Of a stretch of DNA of 64,000 nt, positions 1-14,543 are shown one piece after another. Within the stretch, counting starts at the first letter, position 1. Every line of letters begins with the position of its first letter. Under the pieces are notes generated by a model that made no database searches, was not told the origin of the DNA, and was given only the letters and a program-made list of their open reading frames with translations. A program made the translations under genes and the position numbers. Source of the DNA: Eledone cirrhosa (lineage: Eukaryota); NCBI GenBank assembly GCA_964016885.1, contig OZ024756.1, forward strand, positions 37,324,001 through 37,388,000. Reading direction: 5' to 3'.

Positions 1-418
1 AATCAACACAGTAGACATATAAATGGCGATAAGGTTCGTGCAAATAGCTTGCCTCAGACTTCTGTTGCTAGTGGTGGTGGTTAATGAGGGGAAAAAACCT
101 ATCGTGGGTATAGCAAACATCAGAAAGTGTGTGGAAAGTAACACTTGTTGAAGTAATTATTAACAGCTGGTAGGGTTTCAATCCTCACATGTAACCCTTC
201 CATTTCACTTACATAGATAGATCCCCCTTTTTGTAAGGCACGAACGCCACAATTTCATTAATGTCATGACAACAATAACAATAGTCAATATGGTAAAGAA
301 AACTATATATTTGGGAGAGGCTTATAGTTAGTTAGACCTATCTAACCCACTACTTCATTGACACATCATTATCGTTCAGGTCAGTTTTACAATGCAGCCG
401 ACTGAGGTTACCTAATTC

Positions 419-602
419 CGTTGGATTGGAAGTATCGGTAGAGGGTCGGGCGCCATGCTTTGAAGCATAGAGTTACCTCCCTTTGTGATCTAAGTTCAAA
501 TCCCGCCGAGGTTAACTTTGCCTTTCATCCTTACGGGGTCGATAAAATAAAGTACCAGTAATGCACTGGGACAATTGCTGGCCTGGTGCCAAAAGTAGAA
601 AC

Positions 603-606
<4 letters not shown>
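419..606 (+). mobile_element. tRNA-derived SINE, family 1 (near full length)
   Basis: A-box-like TGGAAGTATCGG, B-box AGTTCAAATCC, conserved core GCCTTTCATCCTTACGGGGTCGATAAAATAAAGTACCAGT and tail GGCC..GTGCCAAAAGTAGAAACAATT running into (TA)n. More than 15 full or partial copies occur in the window. Confidence 0.85.
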
Positions 607-693
<87 letters not shown>

Positions 694-763
694 TTTTATA
701 ATTCTGTCCGTGAATATATATATATAAAGAGAGAGAGAGAGACAGAGATAGAGAGAGACAGAC

Positions 764-795
<32 letters not shown>

Positions 796-939
796 GGTGA
801 AATAAGGGGCGGGAGAGAGAAAGATACTGTGCAGATTAGTACAATGTTAGTTTCACTGATGGCTTCATATCTCAGTTAATAAACCAGCCACTCTCCAGAC
901 TATATAATATTAGAAGCCTTCTAAAAATAACAAAGGCTC

Positions 940-1290
940 GCAGCATATGCAGAAACATAAATACATCCCTAGTCAAGCGGTCCAGCAATGCTGAGTCAAT
1001 AGCATATGAATTCGAAGTCAACTCAACTAAACTGCATGGTTTAGCATAAACACTAAATTGGGATGGTAGAAGAGTAATGTAAGCTTCGATAGTTCAACCA
1101 CTCATCCCCCTTTAATCCAGAAAAAAAATAAGAACACAGAACTTTATCAGGCTACAGTGAGCCTTTAAAAGATAATGACAGCAAGTGGAAGATCTTAGGA
1201 AAAAACAGACAATACATAAATGGGACTAAATGGTGCAATCATATACAGCTGATAAGAAATTCTATTATATAACATCAGATATTTTTTGTT
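940..1290 (+). mobile_element. Decayed Penelope-like element GIY-YIG endonuclease fragment
   Basis: Frameshifted, stop-containing translation CRNINTSLVKRSSNAESIAYEFEV / *IGMVEE*CKLR*FNHSSPFNPEK / TLSGYSEPLKDNDSKWKILGKNRQYINGTKWCN follows the PLE endonuclease pattern CxCR..CP..C..E.IVY..V..YIG..E..FK.R..NH..SF..T.LS..W.LK..W.I....Y....K.CNLC. Pattern recalled from memory, not searched. Confidence 0.65.
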
Positions 1291-1334
1291 TATCAAAATT
1301 TATCCCTCATATTGACACCCACTATATATATACA

Positions 1335-1373
<39 letters not shown>

Positions 1374-1510
1374 TTCTGTGTGTGTGCATGTATATATACA
1401 AGAATGTCTGCATGTAAATATATATAAACGGAGTGACCAGTTCTATCCAGTGGTGAACCACACAACATATATATATATATATATATCGGTTCTTCCGATG
1501 ACTTCGTTTC

Positions 1511-1586
<76 letters not shown>

Positions 1587-2015
1587 GTGTGTGTGGGGGG
1601 GGGGGTGTATACATATATATATATATAAGAGGAAGTAAGGGTTCCATATGTTGCCAGACAAGGTGTCGGGGTATGTTGTGTGGTTGTGGTGCCAACTTTA
1701 AGATGTAACAACAGAGGTAGACGTAACAACTACTAAGCTATACAAGTATCAACAAACGTTCGTTAGATGGGATAGTTTATCGGATAACACTAGTGGCTCC
1801 ACCATAAACATAGCGGAATATCTGAGAAACTGTGACACTCACTTGGTTTCACTTTACGACTCTCTTAGGAACACCTGTTCATCATGTAAATCAACATCGG
1901 GCTGTCTGTCTGTGTGTGTGTGTATATCTATGTATGTGTGTGTGAGTATGTAAGTATTCGTGTATGTATATATATGTATGTATATACGTATGTTTATGGG
2001 CATATATATATATAT

Positions 2016-2064
<49 letters not shown>

Positions 2065-2144
2065 GAGAGAGATATATATATAGAGAGAGAGAGTGAAAGA
2101 AAGTGGAAAAGAGACGTAGAAAGGCTCATGGAAAAATAGATATA

Positions 2145-2181
<37 letters not shown>

Positions 2182-2545
2182 GCCTATATGCCTACATATA
2201 TACATACATATATACCTACATAAATACATACATATTTGTCTACATACATACATACATACATACATACATACATTCAAACATGCCTAAATACATACATACA
2301 CACATACATACATATATATACATATATACATATATACATATATACATACAGGCATGTATGTATATATGTATAGAGTTAAACAAATGAAACGTAATGGTGG
2401 TGAAATACCTTCATATGGTGAGTGTATATAAACATAAATACACAGAAGATTGTTGTATATATATCCATAAGAAAATAGAATATATTTGAAGAAACAGAAA
2501 ACTTCTACAGCATTCGGCTTGATTTTCTAGTTTGTTATTGTTTGT

Positions 2546-2604
<59 letters not shown>

Positions 2605-2669
2605 ATCTATCTCTATCTCTATCTCTCTTTCTCTCACTCTCTCTCCTCTCTTTCTCGCTATCTCTCTCC

Positions 2670-2721
<52 letters not shown>

Positions 2722-2945
2722 ATCTCTCTCTATCTATCTACCTATCTATCTATTTATCCCCCCCTCTATCTCTCGCTACCCTTTCACCACCACCCTCTCT
2801 CTCTCTATCTATATATCTATCTATCTCTATCTATATCTATTCATATCTTTCTCTCTCTCCCTCCCTCTATCTCTCTATCTCTCTTTCCCTCTCTCTCTAT
2901 ATATATACTATCTTTTCTTTCTTTTTCTCTCAAATTTCTTCTGGG

Positions 2946-3010
<65 letters not shown>

Positions 3011-3159
3011 ATCTATCTAGCTATCACTGTCTCCCTCCCTCTCTCACTATCTCTATCTCTCTCTCTATCTATCTCATTCTTTCTTTATTTCTTTATTTCT
3101 TTATTTATTATTTTCCGTGTTTCTTTTTTTATCATATAGCTTTTGTAAAGTATACCATG

Positions 3160-3520
3160 GCAACGTCATTTGTGGTGGTGGTGGTGGTGGTTTTGATGGT
3201 GGTGGTGGTGGTGGTGATGGGTGTGAGTGAGGGTGGTGGTGATCGTGGTAGTGGTGGTGGTCGTGGTGGTGGTGGTGGTGACAATGGTTTTGATGGTGGT
3301 GGTAATGGTGGTTGTGGTGGTGGTGGGTGGTACTGGTAGTGTTGGTGGTGATGATGGTTTTGGTGGTGATGGTGGTAGTAGTGGCTGTGTTGGTGTTGAT
3401 GTGGTGGTCGTGCTGCTGGTGGTGGTGGTGGAGGTGGTGGAGGTGGTTGTACTGGTGGTGGTGGTGGAGCTGGTGGAGGTGGTACTGGTGGTGATGGTGG
3501 TGGTGGTGGTAGTTGTGTTT
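3160..3520. repeat. (GGT)n-rich degenerate trinucleotide repeat
   Basis: Directly visible. Similar tracts at 6630-7260, 7800-8350 (CCA) and 8475-8550. Confidence 0.95.
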
Positions 3521-3702
3521 ATGGGTGTGAGTCTCTATCACCATATTCAGAGATTCATTTTTGTCTCCCTCCCCCTCCCTATAACTAGCTCTAGTTATTT
3601 CTAATTAAATATATAGAGCACTCTCATTAAAAAAAAAAAAATGCATCGTCTGGACAAATTTTGAAGTCCCTTGATGTACATATCTGTTATAATCCACGTA
3701 GA

Positions 3703-4839
<1,137 letters not shown>

Positions 4840-4844
<5 letters not shown>

Positions 4845-5042
4845 AACCAGTAAGACCCCGACAGCTGAGCTCAAGCCGTTTCGACGGCTAATTCTGGACT
4901 CAGATGTCCAGAATTAGCCGTCGAAACGGCTTGAGCTCAGCTGTCGGGGTCTTACTGGTTCCTATTACCCACTCTACTACCTCAAGTATTGAGTACTTTG
5001 GTGCGTTATGGTCCACCTGGTTCATTACCACATTTCCTTCGT

Positions 5043-5043
<1 letters not shown>
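4840..5043 (+). mobile_element. Fold-back short element, family A (60-bp perfect inverted repeat plus conserved tail) in (TA)n
   Basis: 4840-4899 is the reverse complement of 4906-4965 (6-nt loop), followed by tail ACTCTACTACCTCAAGTATTGAGTACT...CCACATTTCCTTCGTT. Related copies at 5531-5595, 25575-25710, 45811-45923 and 50340-50535. Confidence 0.75.
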
Positions 5044-5077
<34 letters not shown>

Positions 5078-5208
5078 GTATATATATGTATGTGTGTGTG
5101 TGTGTGTGTGTGCATGTGTTTGTAAAAGGTAAACGAAAATAACAAAACAAACGGCACAGTACATGAAAGAAATATATTAGTTTAAAGCTTGAAATGGCAG
5201 GAAGGGAT

Positions 5209-5244
5209 TCTTAACGTTTCAGGCATTAGTCTTTCGTCAGAAGA
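5209..5244 (-). ncRNA. Minimal type I hammerhead ribozyme-like motif
   Basis: Minus strand reads TCTT-CTGACGA-A-AGAC TAAT GCCT-GAAA-CGTT-AAGA, giving stem I TCTT/AAGA and palindromic ACGT stem III. It lies in a ~150-bp repeat (5125-5270) homologous to 22545-22690. Confidence 0.55.
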
Positions 5245-5304
5245 TAGAGTGATAGGAAGAAGGAATGGGGAAAATGAGATTAAAAAAAAAAGGGATACTA
5301 TAAA

Positions 5305-5500
5305 TTAGACCAGCAATTTCAAGGCAAGGGAAACGTCAATTATATCGATCTCAGTACTTTACTAGTATTTCATTTTATCGAACCTATAATGACGCACGGC
5401 AAAGTCAACCACGTTGGAATTTGAACTCAGAACGTAAAATGGCCTAATTAAAAGCCGCAAAGCCTGCTGTCCGACACTCTACTGATACTGCCAACCAATC
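5305..5500 (-). mobile_element. SINE family 1, diverged copy
   Basis: Reverse complement of the B-box (TTTGAACTCAGA) and core (TTTTATCGA). Confidence 0.75.
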
Positions 5501-5592
5501 GTGTGTGTATATAATATACATACATACGCAAATTTTAGTCCAGAATTAGCCGTCGAAACGGCTTGAGCTCAGCCGTCGGGGTCCTACTCGTT

Positions 5593-5662
<70 letters not shown>

Positions 5663-6008
5663 TTGCGTGTGTATATATGTGTTTGTATACGCATGTATAT
5701 GTATGTTTGGGGTAGGGTGAGGGTGTTGTGAGAAAATCCGAAAGAATTATTCTTCAGAAAAGTTCTTGGGAACCAAAATATGTGAAAGAGAAAGGAGAGG
5801 CGTGTATATACACAATGTGTAAATGTATATGTGTGTATATATATGCATATACACACTCACACACATATATATATATGCACACCGATGATATATATACACA
5901 TATATGTATATATATATATACATATATGTGTGTATATATATATATATACATATATATATCTACATCTATATATATATACGTGTATATATATGTATATATA
6001 TATATATA

Positions 6009-6045
<37 letters not shown>

Positions 6046-6642
6046 TGTATATATATATATATGTATATATATACATGTATATATATGTAAATATACATAT
6101 ATATATATACATATATATACACGTATATATAGATGTAAATATATATATATATGTATATATATATACACATATATATGTATATATATATATATATATACAT
6201 ATATGTATATATATACATATATGTGTATATATATATATATCATGGGTGTGCATGTATATATGTGTGTGAGTGTGTATATATATATATGTGTGTGTGTGAG
6301 TGTATATATATATGTATGTATATATATATATATGTATATATATATATGTGTATATACACGTCTCCTTTTTCTTCTACATCATTTTGGTTCCCAAGAAGTT
6401 TTCTGAAGAATAATTCTTTCGGATTTTCTCACAACACGCGCGCCTGCGCACTCACACACACACTCACATACACACTCACACACATTCACATATAATACAC
6501 TCATACACACATACGTACACACACACATATGTATATATATATATACATACACACACATACACACACACAACAAGCAGCCTAGGCAAACACAGCAACCTGT
6601 TGATTTTAAACTGATGACACATTTAGCAATGTGGTGTTGTTG

Positions 6643-6674
<32 letters not shown>

Positions 6675-8796
6675 GTGGGTAGTGGTAGTGGTGGTGGTGG
6701 TGGTGGTGGTGGTGGTGGTGGTGGTGGTGGTGGTGGTGTGGGTGGTGGTGGTGGTGGTGGTGGTGGTGGTGGTGACGATGGTAGTGGTGATGGTGTGGGT
6801 GGTGGTAGTGGTGGTGGTTGTGGTGGGGGGTGATGGTGTGAGTGGTGGTAGTGGTGGTGGTGGTGGTGGTGGTGGTGGTGGTGATGATGGTGTGGGTGGT
6901 AGTGGTGGTGGTGGTGGTGGTGGTTGTGGTGGGGGGTGATGGTGTGAGTGGTGGTAGTGGTGGTGGTGGTGGTGATGGTGGTGGTGGTGGTGGTGATGGT
7001 GGTGGTGGTGGTGATGATGATGGTGATGAGGGTAGTGATAGTGGTGATGGTGGTGATGGTGGTGGTGGTGGTGGTGGTGGTGGTGGTAGTGGTGCGGCTG
7101 TAGAAGTTTGTGATGGAGATGATGATGGCGGTGATGGTGATGATGATGATGATGATGATATAGGTGATGGTGATGATTGTGGTGATGGGAATGTAGGTAG
7201 TGGTGGTGGTGGTGGTAGTGGTGGTGGTGGTGGTAGTGGTTCTAGCGGAGGTGGCGATGGTACCAATGGTAGAGATGTAGGTTTGTGTAAAAAGAGAACT
7301 TAAGACTTCAAACTAAATTGATGTGTGTGTGTGTGTGTGTGTGTGTCAGTGTGTGTGTGTCTGTCTCTCTCTCTGTATGTGTGTGTGTGTGTGTCTGTGT
7401 GTGTCTGTCTGTGTGTGTGTGTGTGTTTGTGTGTGTCAGTGTGTGTGTGTTTCTGTGTCTGTCTCTCTCTCTCTGTATGTATGTGTGTGTGTGTGTCTGT
7501 GTGTGTCAGTGTGTGTGTGTCTAACCCTGTCTCTCTCTCTGTATGTGTGTGTGTGTCTGTGTGTGTATCTGTGTGTGTGTGTGTGTGTGTGTGTGAACTG
7601 ACCATAAAATACATTAAAAAAGCCATTTCCACAATGGTCATCTCTCAATAACGCAGCCCTCAATTTGACCAAAATCTCCCACACCCAGATCTTAGTGTCC
7701 TTTACTACCAAATTGTTACCCCCCCCCCCCCCCCCCCGCCCCACACCACCCTAGTTTAAAACCGTCAATTCTCTTTCTTCTGCTTGAAAAACACTGTTAC
7801 AACCAACACCTCCAGAGACAACCACCCCCACCATCACAACCACCAACCACCTCAACCATTATAAGAAAAAAACACCACCACCACCACCATCTACCAAAAC
7901 CATCTTCAACAACAGCATAACTACCATCAGCAACAACAACACCATTACCACCTATCAAAACCATCACCACCGCCACCACCGCAACCATAACCACCTACCC
8001 CTAACACAACCACCACCATCACCACCACCACCCACCGTCACCCACCACCACCAATACCACCAGCTATCCCCACCGCACTCATAACCACCTACCAAAACCA
8101 TCACCCACCACCACCAACCACCAATACCACCATTCACCACCATCCACCACAACCACCCACAACCACCCACCATCATCCACCACCCACCACCAATACCACC
8201 ATCCACCACCAACCACCCACAACCACCCACCATCACCCACCACCACCAATACCACCATCCACCACCACCACCCACAACCACCCACCATGACCCACCATCA
8301 CCCACCACCACCCACAACCACCAATACCACCAGCTACCCCCCTCCCCCGCCCCTTAAACCTTCCCTCCACGCACTAACAACTTCTGTTTTGTTCAGTTCC
8401 CACGCCACCCAGTTTTGTCCTATGTACACCATATGTCTTGTGTTCTTACAAGTGTCAGGGGTTCAAATACGAAGGTGGTGGTGGTGGTGGTGATGGTGGT
8501 GGTGGTGGTGGTGGTGGTGGTGGTGGTGGTGGTGGTGGTGGTGGTGGTGGTAGGATAGAATGAGAGACAGGGACGGAGAGAATGGGGTGGCAGGTCTTAA
8601 GCAAAACAGAGGGAGAAGGAGAGAGGGGTGAGGGGTGAGAATTGCGAGAGAGAAGGAGCGAGAGAGAGAGAGAGAGAGAGGGTGGGTGGGAGGTCTTGAG
8701 CAAAACACAGAGAGAGAGAAGAGAGAGAGGGGGAGGTGTGAGAATTGCGAGAGAGAGAGAGGGGGGGGGGGGTATTGAGCAAAACACAGAGATAGA

Positions 8797-8830
<34 letters not shown>

Positions 8831-9420
8831 AGGGTGAGGTGTGAGAATTGCGAGATAGAGAGGGGGGGGGAGAAAGATATATAGACTGACAGAGTTTCTT
8901 CACTTTTTAACTGGGACAAGAAGTCGCAAAATAAACATGGATTATTTTCCATGTGCTACATGTCCATGTCCATGTTATTGATGTTGTCATGGATGTTGGT
9001 ATTACTGGTATAGGAATCTATAGTATTACTGGTATGTGAGCAACATATGTGTGTGTGTCTGGCGGTTCCGACAGCGAATATTCCAGTTGTCCGTTGGTGG
9101 TGGTGGTGAAGGTGGTGCTGGTGTCGGCAGTGTTGGTGGTGGTGGTACTGGTAGTGGGGGAGGACTTTGGTGGTGATGGTGGTGATGATGGTGGTGGTGG
9201 TGGTGTTGGTGGTGATGATGGTAGTGGTGCTGGTGTTGCTGGTGCCGGTGGTGGTTGTGTTGGTGGATTATATGTGTGTCTGATGACCATTCTATTGTAT
9301 CTAACTAACCACTCGATGATATAGACAAATTGTATTAATTGTTCAACCACTGTCTCATTGTAAACCCACTTTTTCCCCATTCAAATAATATCCTTTTCTT
9401 CCTCTCTTTGTCTTTTCTAG

Positions 9421-10199
9421 AATATGAACTCACAAAAAGTTCTTCAGATGAAACAGACAGTGACAGTGGATGTTCACTACCTACTACAGACAGCAGAAGC
9501 GAAATCACACTTTCAGACAACGAATACAGTTCTTTGGAATGCAAAGAGCACTCATCATTCCTGTTTGACTTGATGGGTCACAGCCCTCAATCAAAACCTT
9601 CCTGCGACAACAATGATTGGTCAGAGCGCTATTTCCATACGCTTCAGCCAGCCGTACCAGAATATTCCATAAACAGAACAGAGTTGGAGACAGAACCAAT
9701 ATCGCCTCCAATATCAACATTCGAGATCGATACGACACGGATTAGCTCTCTAAATGACACACATATTTGTATCGACTGTGGTAAACGTTACAGCACGTCC
9801 AGCAATTTAGCCCGTCATCGCCAAACGCACAGAAGTGTCAGCGACAAGAAAGCTAGAAAATGTCCACACTGCGAAAAAGTCTACGTCTCCATGCCTGCTT
9901 ACAGTATGCACGTGCGCACTCACACGCAGGGTTGCGCGTGTCCTTACTGTGGGAAGCGGTTCAGCCGGCCGTGGTTACTGCAGGGACACATACGAACGCA
10001 CACCGGAGAAAAACCGTTCTCTTGTCCGAAATGTGGCAAGGCGTTCGCCGACAAGTCAAACCTGCGAGCTCACATCCAAACACATTCGTCGGAGAAACCG
10101 TACGTTTGCGGTCGATGTGGGAAAGCATTTGCTCTCAAGAGTTATTTATACAAACATGAAGAATCTTCGTGTATGCGAGGACAGAGATATCGACATTGA
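9421..10199 (+). CDS. SCRT: Scratch-family (Snail superfamily) C2H2 zinc-finger transcription factor, final coding exon
   Basis: Polypyrimidine tract plus AG at 9419-9420 (phase 1), stop TGA at 10197-10199. Five fingers with Scratch-diagnostic motifs [59 protein letters not shown] and [15 protein letters not shown]. Confidence 0.93.
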
Positions 10200-10403
10200 T
10201 CTAAACATCAACTTAACATATTTAAAACATCAACAAAGAACAACAACAACAACAACAACAACAGTAACAACGACAACAACAGCAACAACAACAACAACAA
10301 CAACAAATATAAGAACTAATTTATAAACCAAAAAAAAACAAAACCAAAGGAACAAGGCGCCCAGATAAAATAGAATCTAATGAAATGAAAGTTGCATATG
10401 TGA

Positions 10404-10455
<52 letters not shown>

Positions 10456-10886
10456 TACACACACTCAAACACATACATACAAACATATGCATACACACAC
10501 AGACAATAATAATTATTATTATTTCTAATTTAGGCATAAGGTCAGTAATTTTGTTGGGTGAGAGGAAAGTCGATTAAATCGACCCCAGTGCATTACTGGT
10601 GCTTTATTTTATCGACCTCGTAATAATAATAATAATAAAAATACAAAAACAAATGAAAGGTTTTTTTTTTTTGAAGAATAAGAAGACTGCGCCAACAAGA
10701 ACGACAAGAACAACAAGTTTCATAAATATACCAAAATCTCTTTTAAAAGATAATACTGTGAGAATGTTCCACACTCTTGGCCAATATCCAATACCTTATA
10801 CCACAGATACTGTTCTTATTGTTGTTATTGTTATTGTTTCATTTCTTTAAAACATTACTACTATTATTATCATCATCACCATCAAA

Positions 10887-10941
<55 letters not shown>

Positions 10942-10942
10942 G

Positions 10943-11160
10943 GGCGGTGGGTTGGCAGTATCGGTAGAGGGTTTGACGCCATGCTTTGCAGCATAGAGTT
11001 ACAGCCCTTTATGATCTGAGTTCAAATCCCGTCGAAGTTAACTTTGCCTTTCATCCTTACGGGGTCGATAAAATAAAGTACCAGTAACGTACTGGGTCGA
11101 TTTAATCGACGTTCTCCTCTCCAAAAATTGATGGTCTTATGCCTATGTAAGAAACCATTA
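10943..11160 (+). mobile_element. SINE family 1, full length
   Basis: GGCGGTGGGTTGGCAGTATCGG head, GAGTTCAAATCC B-box, core and (ATT)n tail. An inverted partial copy lies at 10500-10622. Confidence 0.85.
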
Positions 11161-11429
11161 TTATTACTATTATTTCATTTAGACACTACTTTTGTTTTTG
11201 AGGTTTTTTTGTTAATCAATAATCAATAACAGCAACAATAACAATAGATATACCAACACAATAACAATTATTGCCAGCTACAATAACAATATCATCTTCA
11301 TGATCATCATCATCAACAACAACAACAACACTCCAAAGATATCTAGATATATTGAGAAAGAATGAATAACGACTTTTCGACAAAATGGGAAATCCCGTTC
11401 CACCAAACCATCCACCGAGCAATTGTCCA

Positions 11430-11930
11430 AATTATGTCCATTTATATACAGTCTGTCAAATACCGTCCATCCTTACATGAACTGCCAAAATTCCGTCCAA
11501 CCATACATTGACTCTCAAATCTATTCATACATGCCTTAACTGTAAACTTAAGACCGTCCGTCCGTCCATCTATTTACTGTCAATTTTTTTAAAAAATACA
11601 CACACACCTTTATGTACCAACTCCCTAATTCCGTCCATCCATTCACAGAATATCTGTCGAATTCCGTCCATCGATAAAACTGTCAAATTCTGTCCATTCA
11701 CAGAATATCTGCCGAATTCCGTCCATCGATAAATTAACTGTCAAATTCTGTCCGTCCATAAATAACTCTCAAATTCCGTCCATCCATAAATAACAGTCAA
11801 ATTTCGTCCAACCATAATTTGACTGTTAAATTCCGTTCATTCATTAAAAAAAAAAGTCAAATTCTGTCAAAAAATACATAAAACTGTTAAATTCTGTCCA
11901 TACATACATTATTGTCAAATTCTGTGCATG
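11430..11930. repeat. Degenerate ~28-30 bp minisatellite (CTGTCAAATTCCGTCCATCCATAAATAA-like)
   Basis: Repeated GTCAAATTC(C/T)GTCCAT units visible. Confidence 0.8.
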
Positions 11931-12734
11931 TATATATTAACACCGTCCAACTATGGAAGGATCTAGCTATTTATTCATATGGTTGCTTTTTTTTTTTTGT
12001 TTGTTTTAAATTATATACCTTTCTGTTGTTCATTTTCTCTCCTTCTTTCTCTCTCTTTCCCTCTCTCTGTCTCTCTTCGTCTTCCTTTGTCTCTGTCTAT
12101 CTGTCTGTCATATGCATTTACAAACTATTGACCAAGCGCAGATTACAGGATTTCACAATATTTTACACCCCATTTCGTAAATATCAATGTTGACAGATAA
12201 AAATAATAAATATGAATAAGTGTGGAAACTCTTTTACCAAGATGAGAGAATGACACAACGCCACCTAGGTTGAATGGACTAAGTTGTTTGGTCAAGACAT
12301 GTGTAGCTGTGTGTTTGACATATTTGACTTGTCGATCAGTGAATTTTAATTTTTTTTTTTTCACATTTTATCATATCCTGTCATATATCGACTAACAATG
12401 TTTGATAATGTTTGACTGTCACATCATACACAGAGACAAATAAAGACTTCATGTTTAAACATCTTTGTGGGACATTACAAGCTGACCTATTGACAAAGTC
12501 AAATGTCGTATAGAACAATGTTTGTTTGAGACAGAGTGACATGTTCTTTTATGTCATTCGACAAACAAATAAATTGACAAGGGAGGGAAACATTTTGACA
12601 GAGTAACATCTCTGGTTGACATATAATTGACATATAATTGACATCTATCTAATATTTGTTGAAATTATTTGAAAGCGATAAATGTTTGATGCGTTTGACA
12701 CCGATCAGGTGGTGCTTTAAACTAATTGACAATG

Positions 12735-12920
12735 TTTGACACTAACTGGGAGTGTTTGACACTAACTGATGGTGCTTGACACTAACTAGAAGTGTTTGAC
12801 ACTAACTGGGAGTGTTTGACACTAACTGATGGTGTTTGACACTAACTGGGAGTGTTTGACACTAACTGATGGTGCTTGACACTAACTGACGCTGTTTGAC
12901 ACTAACTGAAGGTGACTGAC
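12735..12920. repeat. 20-bp tandem repeat (GTGTTTGACACTAACTG...)
   Basis: About 9 units of TTGACACTAACT at 20-bp spacing. Confidence 0.9.
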
Positions 12921-13183
12921 ATGTGAGTAAGTGTGTGTGTGTGTGCATGAATTTATGCAAGTATGCAGAATGCAATGGAAACTTAGTTAAGGACTTAAAG
13001 AACTAGCATGTCAATGGACCATTTCCACAACATATACACCGCAAATGAGTGTTTTTGCTTCGAATGAAGGCATGTCAGCCAATAAAAATAATTTCACTTC
13101 ACCTTTGTTAAATGCTCAGAAAATGTTATTTGCACATATTTCTTGTTGTTTCTGTTGTTGTTGTTATTGTGTGATCCTGTCTA

Positions 13184-13233
<50 letters not shown>

Positions 13234-13473
13234 ATAGTCAAAATCTGTGATGGGGACACAACCCATAACTTTTATAGCCTTTCCTCCATCACCCTGATTT
13301 GACTGGAGACATTAATACAATTGATTTTTCTCCTAATTGCTGTTGTTGTTGTTGCTGCTGCTGTTTGTGTTGTTGTTGTTGTATTTTCTCACTAAGTGCA
13401 ATAATAATATTTTTCAAACCAAGAAACAACATATTACTATTATTATTGTTATTACTATTATTATTATTATTAA

Positions 13474-13513
<40 letters not shown>

Positions 13514-13840
13514 AATAATATCATCATCATCACTATCATCATCACCATCATTATATTTTTTCCTTATACAAGCATGTTTATTTTTTATTGCAGTTTTGAT
13601 TTTTTATCTTTATATTTATGGTTTGTGTTTGGTTGTATGGACCAAGATAAAATTCTGTCCACCTACATACATATATACACATACATATATACATATATAC
13701 ACATATATATATATTTTTCAATTGACTTTTTTTTTTTACTTTTGCTAGAATATTTAAAACAAGAAAAAAATTTATTTTCTCCCATCTCTCTCACTCTCTC
13801 ACTCTCACCCTCTGTCTCTCTTCCTTCTTCATTTTTTCTC

Positions 13841-13915
<75 letters not shown>

Positions 13916-14085
13916 ATAAGTCATAATTTTTAATATTTTATTTAAATATTAATTAATTTCTTTTTTGTATCAACATTTTATGGGTATTTTTATATTTAAA
14001 AAGAAATGTATATTAATATCTTGTGGAAGGTATATGATATATATACATGCATATATATATAATATATATATATATATATACATGC

Positions 14086-14185
<100 letters not shown>

Positions 14186-14187
14186 TA

Positions 14188-14335
<148 letters not shown>

Positions 14336-14503
14336 ATATCTTGACACGGAAAATATGGTTTTGTAATCCTTATTATTATTATTTTTTCAAAAAATCTAGT
14401 CAGAATGTGAAGTATTTCACTTCAGCCGTACATTCAGAAATCTTCGTGTTTCATTGTTCTTCGAATGAATATACATACATATACATACATATATGTATAA
14501 TAT

Positions 14504-14543
<40 letters not shown>

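Noticed and set aside
419-510. tRNA gene
   Set aside because: A/B boxes are present but there is no cloverleaf, and it continues into a multi-copy SINE body.
9339-9420. N-terminal extension of the 286-aa zinc-finger ORF
   Set aside because: It begins at TTG and corresponds to the intron polypyrimidine tract; the real exon starts after the AG at 9420.
12735-12920. Regularly spaced direct repeats resembling a CRISPR array (also 56430-57020)
   Set aside because: There are no unique spacers or cas genes and the context is eukaryotic; these are ordinary minisatellites.
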